DNA of 64,000 nt from Ginglymostoma cirratum (Eukaryota), in assembly GCA_024137785.1 (NCBI GenBank), contig JAHRHZ010000289.1, forward strand, positions 29,059,511 through 29,123,510, read 5' to 3'. The notes beneath the pieces were generated by a model. It had not been told where the DNA came from. It saw nothing but the letters and a program-made list of their open reading frames with translations, and made no database searches. Position 1 is the first letter of the stretch; every line of letters begins with the position of its first letter. Shown here in pieces: positions 13,238 through 24,975 of this stretch. A program made the position numbers and the translations under genes.

Positions 13238-13741
13238 GATAAAAGGTACTGCAGATGCTGGAGAATCCGAGATAACAAGCATGGGGCTGGATGAACACAG
13301 CAGATCAAGCAGCATCATAGGAGCAGGAAAACTTGATGTTTCGGGCCTAAACCCTTCATCAGAAATGGGGGAGGGGAAGAGGGTTCTGAAATAAATAGGG
13401 AGAGAGGGGGAGGCAGATAGAGGATGGATAGAGGAGAGGATAGGTGGAGAGGAGGCAGACAAGTCGAAGAGGTGGGGATGGAGCCAGTAAAGGTAAGTGT
13501 AGGTAGGGGGGGTAGGGAGGAGATAGGTCAGTCCAGGGAGGACGGACAGGTCAAGGGGGCGGGATGATGTTAGTAGATAGGAGATGGGGGTGTGGCTTGG
13601 GGTGAGAGGAAAAACAGGTTAGGGAGGTGGAGATGAGCTGGGCTGGTTTTGGGATGCGGTTGGGGGAGGGGAGATTTTGAAGTTGTGAAATCCACATTGA
13701 TGCCATTGGGCTGCAGGGTTCCCAGGCTGAATATGATTTGC
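13238..13741 (-). mobile_element. Young 5'-truncated PLE (GIY-YIG C-terminal end plus hammerhead terminus), 12-bp TSD
   Basis: TSD tgtcagtcaaga at 13226-13237 and 13742-13753; colinear in reverse complement with 32880-33328. Confidence 0.93.
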
Positions 13742-13949
13742 TGTCAGTCAAGATCTGTCTTGTTGTGCCTGAGGCTGCAGCATTTTGTCATGCTGATTGT
13801 GATATACTTCCTTATCTTCCTCTTCAGAAGACTTCTGCCTCACTTCCAGGTCTTTGGCATCAACCATATCCCCTCAATGCCTGCTCCAGTTGTGCAGAAC
13901 ACAGCATGCTAAGATTAAACCGTGCACTTTGTCAGGAGTATCTTGTTTA

Positions 13950-14380
13950 TCTTGTTACCGTGTGTCAAATGCCTTGCGATAACCTATGCAGTAGGCTCCG
14001 GCAACATTTCTGGTTTCTCCCAGGTCCAGGGCACTATAGATAATACACACATTACAATAACATCACCGTATCATAACCTTGCCAAATTCATCAACAGAAA
14101 AACTTCCAATCAGGAAATGTACGCATCATCAGCACTGTCTTTAAAATCTGCACAAATACACTGAAAGGTGTATTAATGACTAGATCCTTGAGTACTCCTG
14201 TGTTCCTGATTCATTTTAAGGATGATTGCTTGTTAACTGGGTCTACCCTCTGTGTCCATGGCTGATGATTCCATTATGCAATCCCCTGACTGAAGTCAAG
14301 TGCAGAATCAATGCAGCTCATTCATCGACCAGGGTTATCATAGAGCAGAGGTAGGCCTTAGGAACATGAGTTTCCAATGT
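13950..14380 (+). pseudogene. PIF/Harbinger DDE transposase relic
   Basis: ISGFSQVQGTIDNTHI...FINRK (compare GFPxVxGAIDCTHI...NRKG), then YPLCPWLMIPLCNP and AAHSSTRVIIEQ; disrupted reading frame. Confidence 0.8.
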
Positions 14381-14718
14381 TTGCATTAGTTTAGTATACT
14401 CCTGACAAAATGCACGGTTTAATCTTAGCATGCTGTGTTCTGCGCAACTGGAGCAGGCATTGAGGAGATATGGTTGATGCCAAAGAACTGGAAGTGAGGC
14501 AGAAGTCTTCTGAAGAGGAAGATAAGGAAGAATATCACAATCAGCATGACAAAATGCTGCAGTCTCAGGCACAACAAGACAGACAAGTCTTGACTGACAC
14601 TTGGTTCCATTAGATGTGAGCTGGGTGCAGAGATCATTCTCTATTTAAATTTGTTGTTGTTCAAAAGGCATGTGATCATTATTATTTTCCAGAAACAAAT
14701 GGAGCTCATTTTTCTTTC

Positions 14719-14753
14719 ATTTCTGATGAAGGGTCTAGGCCCGAAACGTCAAG
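14719..14753 (+). ncRNA. Minimal type I hammerhead ribozyme motif
   Basis: CUGAUGA core, extra A, stem II GGG...CCC, GAAA, palindromic ACGU stem III, GUC site. Confidence 0.75.
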
Positions 14754-14850
14754 CCTTCCTGCTCCTATGATGCTGCTTGGCCTGCTGTGTTCATCCAGCT
14801 CCACACCTTGTTATCTTGGATTCTCCAGCATCTGCAGTACCTATTATCTC
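14719..14850 (+). mobile_element. PLE terminal unit starting at the hammerhead (tctagg variant)
   Basis: atttctgatgaagggtctaggcccgaaacgtcaag...cagcatctgcagtacctattatctc. Confidence 0.9.
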
Positions 14851-15829
14851 TGCTTCCTGTTGAGTTTGGTTTCATGGAAGGTTTCTCTTCGAGTGCCAGA
14901 GCAACATTTCTCATGTTATTTTCTGAAACTTGCCTCGTTAACTATGCACCATCGCTCTATGTTACCACAGTTATCCTATCTTCCCCAACACCACGGGCAG
15001 AATACTCAACACTGCTGGAATCTCCAGTGATTTCTTACACGATTGTTAAAGCCCATCAGTGCACCATGCCAAATGCTGTCAACCAGGAGCTGCTCTTCAC
15101 CATGTAGAGAATGGGAGGAGAACCAAAAAGCATATAATTCTTTGGGCACATAGGTGGCATTGCTGACACTTGCTATTTCATTACAAGCCCCACTGCTTAT
15201 TGGCATCCCATCTTAGAACATCTGATTCACCTAATGCATTTTAGAGAGGGACGCCTACTATCTTTCACTGATATGGGCTTATATGTAACTTCACAGCAAC
15301 AGTATTACTGGTTTTCTGTGAAAAAAGCAGATCAATGAGTTCATATAAAGTTTCTTTGTGCACGATTTAATCTTAAATCAGCTAACATATTTTTGCCCCA
15401 GCAATAAGTTTACTTTTATTGTCGAGTTAGTTCAGTTTAACATCATAATGAATTGTGACAAATCAATTTCTTTTACTGCTACTGCTTTTTGTTTATTTGT
15501 AAAAGTGATTCCAATCTGAAGGGACATGATTTTAAATACAAATCATGTAGAAGATTTTATCGACAAAAGTTACAAGACAACAAATAAAACTAACAGCTCA
15601 TTCCCAGCCGTTCAGGATTAAAACTGTACCATGATTATCAGTTAGAAATGAAAATGTAGGAATCTATTTTTTAAATATATTTTAATATATGTTTTAATAT
15701 AATAATATTAATAAAGAATCTATTATCCCTAAACTAGCATAAATAGTGGTGTATAATTAGCCCAAAGTAGAAAACAACACCATTTTGTCAGTGCCAGACA
15801 TTACGATTAGGTCAATATTCAGCATAAAA

Positions 15830-16135
15830 CTACCTACGAGATGCATTGCAGAATTTTCCTAAAGCTCCTCAGACAAACACCTTCCATATCCATGACCACT
15901 ACCATCTAGAAGGACAGGGGCAGCAGATGCATGGGAAGACCACCGCCTCCCAATCCCTCTCAACGATACTCATCATACTGGCTTGGAAATATATTCCTGT
16001 TCCTTCAGCTCCCTAACAGCATTATGAATTTACATGCATGATATGGAATGCAGTGGTACAAAAAGGCTGTTCAACTCTTTCTTCTCAAAGGCAGTGAGGG
16101 ATGGGCAATAGATGCTGAATACCCTGAATTTAAAA
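15830..16135 (+). mobile_element. LINE 3' end (family whose tail matches SINE A)
   Basis: ccatctagaaggacaggggcagcagatgcatgggaa...gggatgggcaata; paralog of 42140-42480. Confidence 0.75.
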
Positions 16136-18719
16136 AAGAGCCACCCCCCTTTCTGTTAAAAAAAGACATTGTACTTGTACTCCATTTGGAATCAACCATA
16201 ATTATTCTCTTCAGAAATGTATGTTTTGCTCATTAGATGGCACTTGGAATAAAGAAGGTGATATCAGCAGTGTTACCAAGAAGATATGCAAGAGTTTAAG
16301 AAATGGCTGAGGAAAACTGGGTCTTTCAGCAAAAAGAACAAAGTATGAAGCTATAAGTTGTAAGATTTGGTAACATACATTATAAATCTGCTTCAATGAG
16401 AAAATTCGGTGTTTTAGAAAACCTTGTGTGCGAATGCAGAGAGAAGGAATCCGCCTTGAAGAAAATGCCGAAAACTAAATGTGCCATCAGAACAGGGATT
16501 AATTTTGAGGAACCAAAACAGGTGTGGTCAACGCAAGCACATACCCAAAGTTAGATATGTCACATAGACCCAAAACTGGAGAAAAAGAGTTTGACAGAAA
16601 ATTGTCCAAACTAAATTAAACAGCAGCCAGCAACTATGGGCTACAGAGAACAGTGGGCATCAAGGTTCAAGATCTCCCAAAGTTTAGAGGGGAACCAATC
16701 ACAACAAGCCCAATGGTAATGTATCAATCAGACTTTCTGGCACCTTGACTTCTAGCTAGTGCCTGAAGACCTGCACATTGCACTTCGTCAGTATGGCAAC
16801 AGTTAAGGGTGCTGGACCAACCCCATTGGATGCTTTGAACCTAGCTCATGACCCTATTGGTCAAAGGACACAGAACATTCTGGTAGGTCCAGGGCAAGGG
16901 GGAATAAGAACACACACCTGAAAGCCACCCCCTCGATGAAGACTCTCAGTAACATTCACGGCAGAGGACCATGTGGCAATCCAAGAAGACCCAGGAGAAG
17001 ATTTACCCTGACCTCCAAGACTCACCTTCATGAAGAGTCAGCCCTATATCAGAAAGGGAGGAGATTTCAACTACCCAGCTCTAACACTTGATCACCGTGG
17101 GTAATATCCTTTCTCAAAGGTGTAGAGCTAGATAGTGGGCAAATATTATGAGAATTTGGGAAATGCTCACTTTTTTTAATAAAGAATATATTGTTAATAA
17201 AATCAAGTTGAAACACAAATTGAATTGTGTCCATTTGTCCATCTCACCAACAAGATCACTTGCGTAAAGTATTTTTAATGCATAAACTGATTGAAGTGTC
17301 CAAAGCACTGACCATATAAGCCATCTAACCAACCCATCTGTGCACTCACACTGCTCACATACTCCAACACAACACATAAACTGCACCAGGATCCCAACGC
17401 CAGTTTGAAATGCAAACATGGCATTTGCAGTCAAACATGGATCGGGTGTGCTTAGGACTTCAAGTGATAAAACTACACAGGTTTTGTTACCTAAACCCAC
17501 AGGCAGACTTGATACAATAAGTGACTAGGCTCTGTTGAAGACAAAAGAAAGACATTTGGGAATTAACAATTAGGAATGATAAATTTAACAGTTGAAAGAT
17601 CATTCACAATGTAGATAAAGAAATTATACCTATGCAGGACATAGAATGAACTCCTACTTTGAGTAATGCTGCTTTGAATTACCTGATTTCTGTTGAATTA
17701 GTTAAAAGGCTGTGTCTCCTTCTCTGTCAAGATATTAAAATATCTTTGAAGTCTGCATGATATCACAGACCTTGAAATAATCTGTATTAATGACTCTCCT
17801 GCTTGTGCCAGATGAGCATCCCTGACCCATAAAAGAATCTGATTGATGGCAGAGGGTATTCATTGAGTAGGAATGTAATATCAAGTATTTATGTGGCTAT
17901 TTTAGAGTAATGTCCGTTACCACCTGGTGGAATTTCTTTAAATTGGTATAAGAGCGCAAATAAGGGCTAGGCAAAAATAAAAATTCAAATTTAAAAATAC
18001 AATTGACAATTGTATTATTTAACTCGAAGAAGTCACCCCATTCTACTTTATTGAGACTTCGACTGAAACCAGAATCAAATAGTCCATGAATACTTTCAAC
18101 TATGAAAAGACCTTATCAGCGTGCCTCTCCTATAATGGTCAGAGGGCTTCGTATGAATTTGTAAACATTTCCAATCATTTAGTTCTCTCATGAAGAGATA
18201 CTATTGACCCCCACAATGTAGCTTATTAGATTTTGATAAATTAAGTTTATTGTGGCAATTAGATTGTGACCATTCACATCAGTCATTTATTCTGTTTCAC
18301 AATAAATCCAATAAAGATTAGTGCTATCATTCTCCCAGTGGGTCATCAAATTATATATAGATGTACAATAAATTCAGAACAGCCATGTATTTCATTTGAT
18401 TAAATGCAACTAAACTCAACTGCAAAGTCCCCTCATTTCCATTTATCTGTACAATTAATTTTACAAAGTTATCTAAATCTCTCAATAGTTAATACTTCAA
18501 TTTCTGGAAACCTTCTACAAGAATGAGTATTCCTACATAAAGTACTTTACCTCAGAATAAAAATAAAATCCAGTTTGTGTTAGCGTGCAAGTAAGTTATT
18601 CACTCCAATCCAACAATAAAATCCAGATAATGAGATTGTGGATACCAGTTATAGAGTGATGATGGGATAATAATTTACACTGAAGTGCATATGTTTCTAA
18701 TGACCTTTTTTTCCTTTTT

Positions 18720-19020
18720 CCCAGGGTAGAAATGTCACTTACCAGAGGCTTACTAGATTTAAACTAAAAAGGATGTGAGAGGTGAGTTTTTTTACGCAGA
18801 GGATGATAAGTGCCTGGAATGTGCTGCCAGTGGAGGTGGTAGAAACAGATACAATAGCAACGTTTAAGAGGTATCTTGACAAATATATGAATAGACAAGG
18901 AACAGAGGGATACAAATCATGTAGAGGCAAAAGATTTTAGCTTAGAAGAGCATCATGTGTCAGTATAGATGTTGTGGGCCAAAGGCCCTGTTCTTGTGCA
19001 GCACAGCACTTTGTTCTGTG
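18720..19020 (+). mobile_element. CR1 LINE 3' end
   Basis: tttttacgcagaggatgataagtgcctggaatgtgctgccagtggaggtggtagaa (FFTQRVVxxWNxLPxEVV-like), then ggccaaaggccctgttcttgtgc. Confidence 0.8.
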
Positions 19021-19689
19021 AGTAGAATTTCCTCAGTATTGTTGATGTGCAACTTTGTGGGTTTCTACAAGAAAATTAGCATTTATGCTGTTTTTGCTCT
19101 GAATCCATACTACATGCAAGCTTCCTCTATCATACGCAAATTTGATGAGTTACATCAATGGAAATCTCACGTAGTTTGATAAAATTTTCTTGTCTCCAAT
19201 CAAAAGACCAGCAAATGCACAAGTCCTAAAAATATACTTTTCTGAATAGGTGAAATTTTCACCTCAAATGTTTGTGTATAATAGAATGTCAAGTCACTAT
19301 TTCTAGTGTGTTATTGTATTTGTATATTATCTTTTAAAATTATTGTTCACATTGAGATCCATATTGTATCTTCTATAACTTTGAATTTTTTTATGACATC
19401 CGATTTAGTTACATTAGAAAGAGAAACCTTTCCACATTTGCAATATTGTGCTTATTTTATGCTGATACTTACCTTCAAACATCTGTCTTTCAGGAAACTT
19501 AGCATAAATTAGTCTTGGTAAGATTGGTATAGAAACCAGACTAAATAGTTGTATATATTAAATTAAAGGAATTAATCCCTAATTGTGGCCTCATTAATGA
19601 AGATTATAAAATTACATAATTGTTATGAACTTGCAGTCAACTAATCGTATGTACACCGATATTTGCACTCACACACGTGTAAACAATGT

Positions 19690-19940
19690 TAGACAGTGAT
19701 CTGCTTTAGAAGAATAGTGGTAATGGTTATATTCAGTAGAAATTCTATATCAACAACTTTTAACAACAAGATGAATGACCAGTTAATCAGTTTTGTGCTA
19801 GTATTGATTGAGAGATACTTCTGCTCAATCTTCAGATATTGCTGTCAGCTGTTTAAGCACTGGAAAAGCCACGTAAGATCTTGTTTAATGTTTCATCCGC
19901 AGAAGCACCTACACAATGCAGTACTGGTATAACACTGTAA
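19690..19940 (-). mobile_element. Degenerate DeuSINE (SacSINE1/AmnSINE-like) fragment
   Basis: gtttaatgtttcatccgcagaagcacc is the reverse complement of the Deu-domain GGTGCC..CGGATGAGACGTTAAAC motif. Confidence 0.55.
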
Positions 19941-22209
19941 TGGACTTCAGGCAGATGAGATTACCAGTTCAATTCTCATCATGCTCTTGAATGACTTAAA
20001 TGACTTCCTACACATTAGAGGCAGATGAGATAGACAAAGCATATACTTTCAACTGTTTTTAATCACTTGCTTTGCTAAACTGAAGACAGTGGCTTGAAGG
20101 TTTACCATCTTCATTAAGCATGGATGACCAGGATTCTCTTCTACTCTGACTACCTGACTTATACATATTGGTAGAATTTTCAGTTTGGCGTGATTATGAA
20201 CACACCATCCTCAGCCATCAACTCCTGGAACCCAGATCTTTTAGTTAAAGGTTATGACACTCCAATATAAGACATGTCAATGGGAATGCAGCCCACTCAT
20301 CAATTAGCTTGTATGTGACAGTAGGCCATCAACTGGAGAACATCACTGAATGTATAAGGGAGGTTTGATTAAGAATTCAGTTATCCTTTTTTTTCCCCTT
20401 AGATCTATTTATAAATTTTGCAATGTTTGTACATGACCAAGGTGTCAAGTGTTTGCTGTTTCTGCTATTGGTAACTCAACAGTTCAGTTGATTGACAATT
20501 CCTTGGATCTGCAATAAAAGTAATTGGAGGAAGTTATGAATGCATGAAATATTTTCACATATAACATGGATGTTATAGTGTTTGTGGGTTCTGTTCAAAG
20601 TGTATACTGGATAAATGAGTATGGAAGCGCCACAGCCATAGAGTTGGGTCGAGGGGGATAGGCTAGAATAGAGGGATGTGAAGAGCCATGGGGTGATTAG
20701 AGGAGCATTGCTTGGCATTGAGAGTAATAAGGAGCTATGAGGTAAGTGGTAGGGCATAGATCAACTTTGAGGTAACAAGTGTCTATGGGGAGAGTGACAT
20801 TGTATAGATTGGCATGGGCGGCATGAAAAATCCTTTTGAAATTTTTGTTCAAAAAGTTCCTTCATCCAGACAATGGTTCATGACAATTCTGAAATGCCAT
20901 GGAGCATTATCCTGTGAAACGCTGGCCTGACTCTATAAAAATTGTTGGGGGGCTAGGCGATGCCTACTCTGAAATGTAGCCTAGCAATAATGGAACTTAG
21001 GATGTGAGCTTGCAAGCCATATAAATTAAGGCCCTTATCTCATTGTGATGGAACTGAAGGCCACTGGGAATAAAACTGGAAATCCTGAAATCAGATCTTG
21101 GCCACCAGTTTCTAAAGTTCACAGAATCTCCCCAACTCACTGAAAATCTAGCCCATGATCTCTTATCTGCCCTTTTTTGATATAGTCAACAGATTAAGTT
21201 ACAGTTTGAAACACTAGTTAAAATACTAGCTGCTGATTGCAAACAATATTTCCAAGTGGCCCCAACGTCCTCCTATTCGAGTACTCATGTCAGATTTTCT
21301 GCTTGGATTATACGGCTGTTGACTTAGACTTATCCATTATGAGTTTGAATACCTACTACTTGAGGTCAAATAAAGGCACCTCTCACTGTTACCTCAAATT
21401 AGAGAAGTCTCTCACCAGACTCAATCTTGGCATGAATGTCGTAATCACTGGTCTGTAGAGCTCTGGGCAACTTTTCAATCACTTCAGATCAACCTAAACA
21501 ATCTTGTGACCTCTGAATTTTTACATTTTAAAAGGCAATATAAAATAAGAAATATTTTGACAGGAACTATAAATTAATATCAATTATTTCCACACTGTAG
21601 GGATTTCATGAAAATTCTATGAATTAAGGAAAGATAACAATTCACTAATAGTTGTTCTTGTTTGACTTAAATGTGTTCAGTACATGTTCTTTTCTAATTA
21701 GTTGATATCTGACCACAGATTTCTCAAGAAAATTAATTGACCTGGAACATTAATCCGACCTTTCTCTCTTCAAAGATATGCTTCTGCATTTGTGTGTTTC
21801 CAGTATATTCTGTTTTTATTTCACGTTCCCAGATTCTGCACTATGTTGCTTTTTGAAGTTCACATTAAGTATTATAGTCCAAGCCAAGGGAAAAGAATAT
21901 TGGTAGTGACGTGATACAGTTTATATGCTTCTCAGTATTAATTTCTGTTGTGTCGAAGAAAGGGATAGAAGTTTACTAGTTCAATCACTGCATCCCTCAC
22001 TTGTTTTTCCTTTGAGCCAATTTCTATACGTGTGTAGTGCATTGTATTTCAGTAAGATTGTCAGTGACAAATCCTGTGCAAGATTGTATATAATAAAAAA
22101 GATAAAACAAATCTCTGTTTATATTGCCATAATACTTAAAACTTGGCTTTGATATTTCAGGATGTGTGTTTGTTTACATCTTCTAAAGCTGTTTGATACC
22201 TAATCTGCA

Positions 22210-22832
22210 ACAAAAATGGCACCAACCCGATAGGTACTGTTCAGATTCATCAGAGGCCATCTGCTCCAGGCCAGCGGCATTGTTTTCTCTATGTACTTTT
22301 TGTCTTTTTTCTTTTCTTTTTCCTTTCTTTTTCACCTTCGACGCCGGAGCAACGTTGGCAGGGTAGTGGCTGCAGTATCAGTGGCATGAACTGGAAATCT
22401 TGACAGCAGTAGGCCTAGAGCCTGGACTCCTGGGGTGGCAGCGGTGCCCGAAGCAGGGACTTCTGGCAGTGGTAGGCCTGGAGCGTGGATTCTTGGCAGG
22501 GACTGTTCCCGGAGCGGGGACCCCTGACAGAGGTTAAGTCTTGAGCCTGGACTCTTGGCAGTGTCAGAGAGACGACGGCGGCGGCAGCAGAACTGAGATC
22601 TCCTGGTGTCATCATTGCTGTTCCCAGAGCAGGACTCCTTGAGGACCAGAACACCTTGTGCAGAGACCTTGCAAAAACCCTGAATCTGTGCTTGAGACCC
22701 TAGTTTGAACAGAAAATGAACTCTTATGTAAGTAATTTATTTTTATCCTCATTGTAACTCAAATGGTGCTGGATTGTGACTACAAAACACTTTTCACTGT
22801 AATTTCAAGATATATGTGACAATAAATAAATA
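22210..22832 (+). mobile_element. GC-rich non-autonomous retroelement with a Rex1-like 3' tail
   Basis: 3' end aacacttttcactgtaatttcaagatatatgtgacaataaataaa resembles the tail at 48555-48600; internal short repeats. Confidence 0.55.
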
Positions 22833-23489
22833 ATCTCCATGTCAGAAACCATAACAGACAGCTTCCCATTTCAATCGCTGCAGTGAGATATGAATAGGCT
22901 TAATTACTGTCACATATCAGTATACATTGACACAGCATGTGATCTTCAGCTGCTGAAGCTACAGCTGGGAATCTCCAGTTTGATGACAGCCTGTTGGGCT
23001 GATTCCACTTCATAATTTCAGATAGCACGGCTTGGTTTCCTTTGCAGTAGTCCATCTGTATTGACTGTACTAAAGGGAGCTTCACATGAGTAGATCCAGC
23101 TTTTAGAACCATCTGCGGAGATTAAGTAAGCAGCCAATACAGATAGATCTGTTTATGCAAGGAAAACTGCACTGAATAATTGTACATGCTCACACAGCTG
23201 AAGTGATCATTTGTCACACCACTTATCTTCAGCCAGACTGATGGCTCATTGGCACAGAGCTGATTCTATGTAAGTTAAATGGATAACTTTAATGAGAATA
23301 GCAAACATTTTAACTTCTACTATCTGGAGTCAAATTGGGGGGTTGGGGGGGTGGTGATTGGCAGAATCTTTCTAAGATTCATTGTCCATAATGAGAAAAT
23401 TTCCTCACATCCCAGTCTTACATGACTGCTTCACGTGAGATCATTCTGCATAATCTCTTCTCATAGGCTAGAGCTCACATCCCACAATC

Positions 23490-23900
23490 AATCCAGCGTA
23501 TCTTCATTGCTCTCCCCAAAACAAGTATACCCTTCCAAAGGCAAGGAGACCAAAACTGTACAGATCACTCAGCTGATGTCTCATTAAAGACCTATACAAT
23601 TCGAACAAGACTTTCTTTATACTTCATTTTATACTTCAACATTCTTGCAATAATTGTTAAAATTCACCTTTTCTTGTTTTACTTACTTATTAATTTTCTG
23701 TGATCCTGTGGAAGGATATCTAATTCCCACTGCATACCAATAATTAATGGTCTTTCACCTTCTACAACTCCTCTGCTTATAACCTGCCAACTATGTTATT
23801 CTGGTTCTCTGCTTACTATCTATTAACTAAGTGTCAGTCCATGCCAACACATTATCCTCAAACCCTTGAGCTCCAATCTTGTGACTGAATTAATGTATCT
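23490..23900 (-). mobile_element. Decayed CR1 LINE fragment
   Basis: aaggagaccaaaactgtacaga is the reverse of the CVQFWSP motif. Confidence 0.6.
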
Positions 23901-24025
23901 TGATTTACTTTGGTTCTTCAATAAGATGGTGCAAGTGTTTCTTTGAATTTTTCAACTAATTTCTTTACATTTCTTGAAATGTTGCCAATAGTTATAACAT
24001 CATCTTTTTAATGGCTACATCCATG

Positions 24026-24383
24026 GGGGAGGCAATGGCCTAGTGGTATGATCACTGGACTGTTAATCCTGAGACCCGGATAATGTTCTGGGGACCTGGG
24101 TTTGAATCCCACCGTGGCAGATGGTGGAATTTGAATTCAATAAAAATATCTGGAATTAAGAATCTAATGCTGACTGTGAATCCATTGTCGGCTGATGGGG
24201 AAAAACCCATCTGGTTCACTACTGTCGTTTAGGGAAGGAAACTGCCTTCCTTACCTGGTCTGGCCTACATATGACTCCAGACCCACAGCAATGTGGTTGA
24301 CTCTGAACTGCTCTCTGGGCAATTAAGGATGGGCAATAAATGCTCCCTAGCCAGCGATGTCCTCATCCCATAAATTAATAAAA
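24026..24383 (+). mobile_element. tRNA-derived SINE, full length (family A)
   Basis: ggggaggcaatggcctagtgg A box, ggtttgaatccc B box, LINE-like tail. Confidence 0.9.
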
Positions 24384-24479
24384 GACCCATTGTCCTCCTC
24401 CACAAGAATATTTGACTTGTTGAAGGAAATTTTGATCCCTCCCAGCAACAGAATAAGAATGGTACATACAACAATGGCC

Positions 24480-24577
24480 ATTTCTGAAGAAGGGTCTAGG
24501 CCCGAAATGTCAGCCTTCCTGCTCCTCTGATGCTGCTTGGCCTGCTGTGTTCATCCAGCTCTACACCTTGTTATCTC
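24480..24577 (+). mobile_element. PLE terminal unit starting at the hammerhead
   Basis: atttctgaagaagggtctaggcccgaaatgtcagccttcctgctcctctgatgctgc. Confidence 0.85.
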
Positions 24578-24634
24578 ATATTGACCACATTGAAGCTCCA
24601 TTCTGAAGAAGATAAGATGAGTCAGACTGGTATT

Positions 24635-24975
24635 CTTTTTTATTCACTCATTGAATATGGGCATTGCTGGCTCGCAGCATTTATTGCCCATCCCTTCTTG
24701 ACCTTGAGAAGGTGGTGGTGAGCTACCTTCTTAAACTGTTGCAGTATAACCAATTGTAGATTGACCTGCAATACCTTTATGGAGGGAAATCCAAGATATT
24801 GACCCAGTAACAGTGAAGAAAGTGCAATATGTTTCCAAATCAGGATAGTGAGTGGTTTGGAGGGGAGCTTACCGGTGATAGTGTTCCCGTGTATCTGCTG
24901 CACTTGTACTGCTAGTTGGAAATGGTCGTGGGTTTGGAAGGTGTTGTTTGAGGATCGTTGGTGAATTTCTGCAGT
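24635..24975 (-). mobile_element. LINE 3' end (SINE A partner family)
   Basis: gcatttattgcccatccc...gagaaggtggtggtgagct; reverse paralog of 42140-42480. Confidence 0.8.

Larger units (their letters stand above)
13103..14722. repeat. Inverted duplication of about 325 bp (left arm 13103-13941 interrupted by a PLE, right arm 14396-14722)
   Basis: Direct reverse-complement match; the ORF track shows the same peptides on opposite strands (13738+ vs 14318-, 13188+ vs 14425-). Confidence 0.95.

Noticed and set aside
13188-13394. Recurring peptide EIKGTADAGESEITSMGLDEHSRSSSIIGAGKLDVSGLNPSSE as a gene family
   Set aside because: It is the antisense translation of the non-coding PLE terminus
12490-15400. 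Full Harbinger element boundaries (gggctggatttt ... ttttgcccc)
   Set aside because: Terminal match too weak to call TIRs; only the transposase relic is reported
16410-17110. Possible solo LTR
   Set aside because: No clear TG...CA ends, TSD or second copy
24026-24115. tRNA gene
   Set aside because: A and B boxes are present but continue into SINE body and tail; no proper cloverleaf
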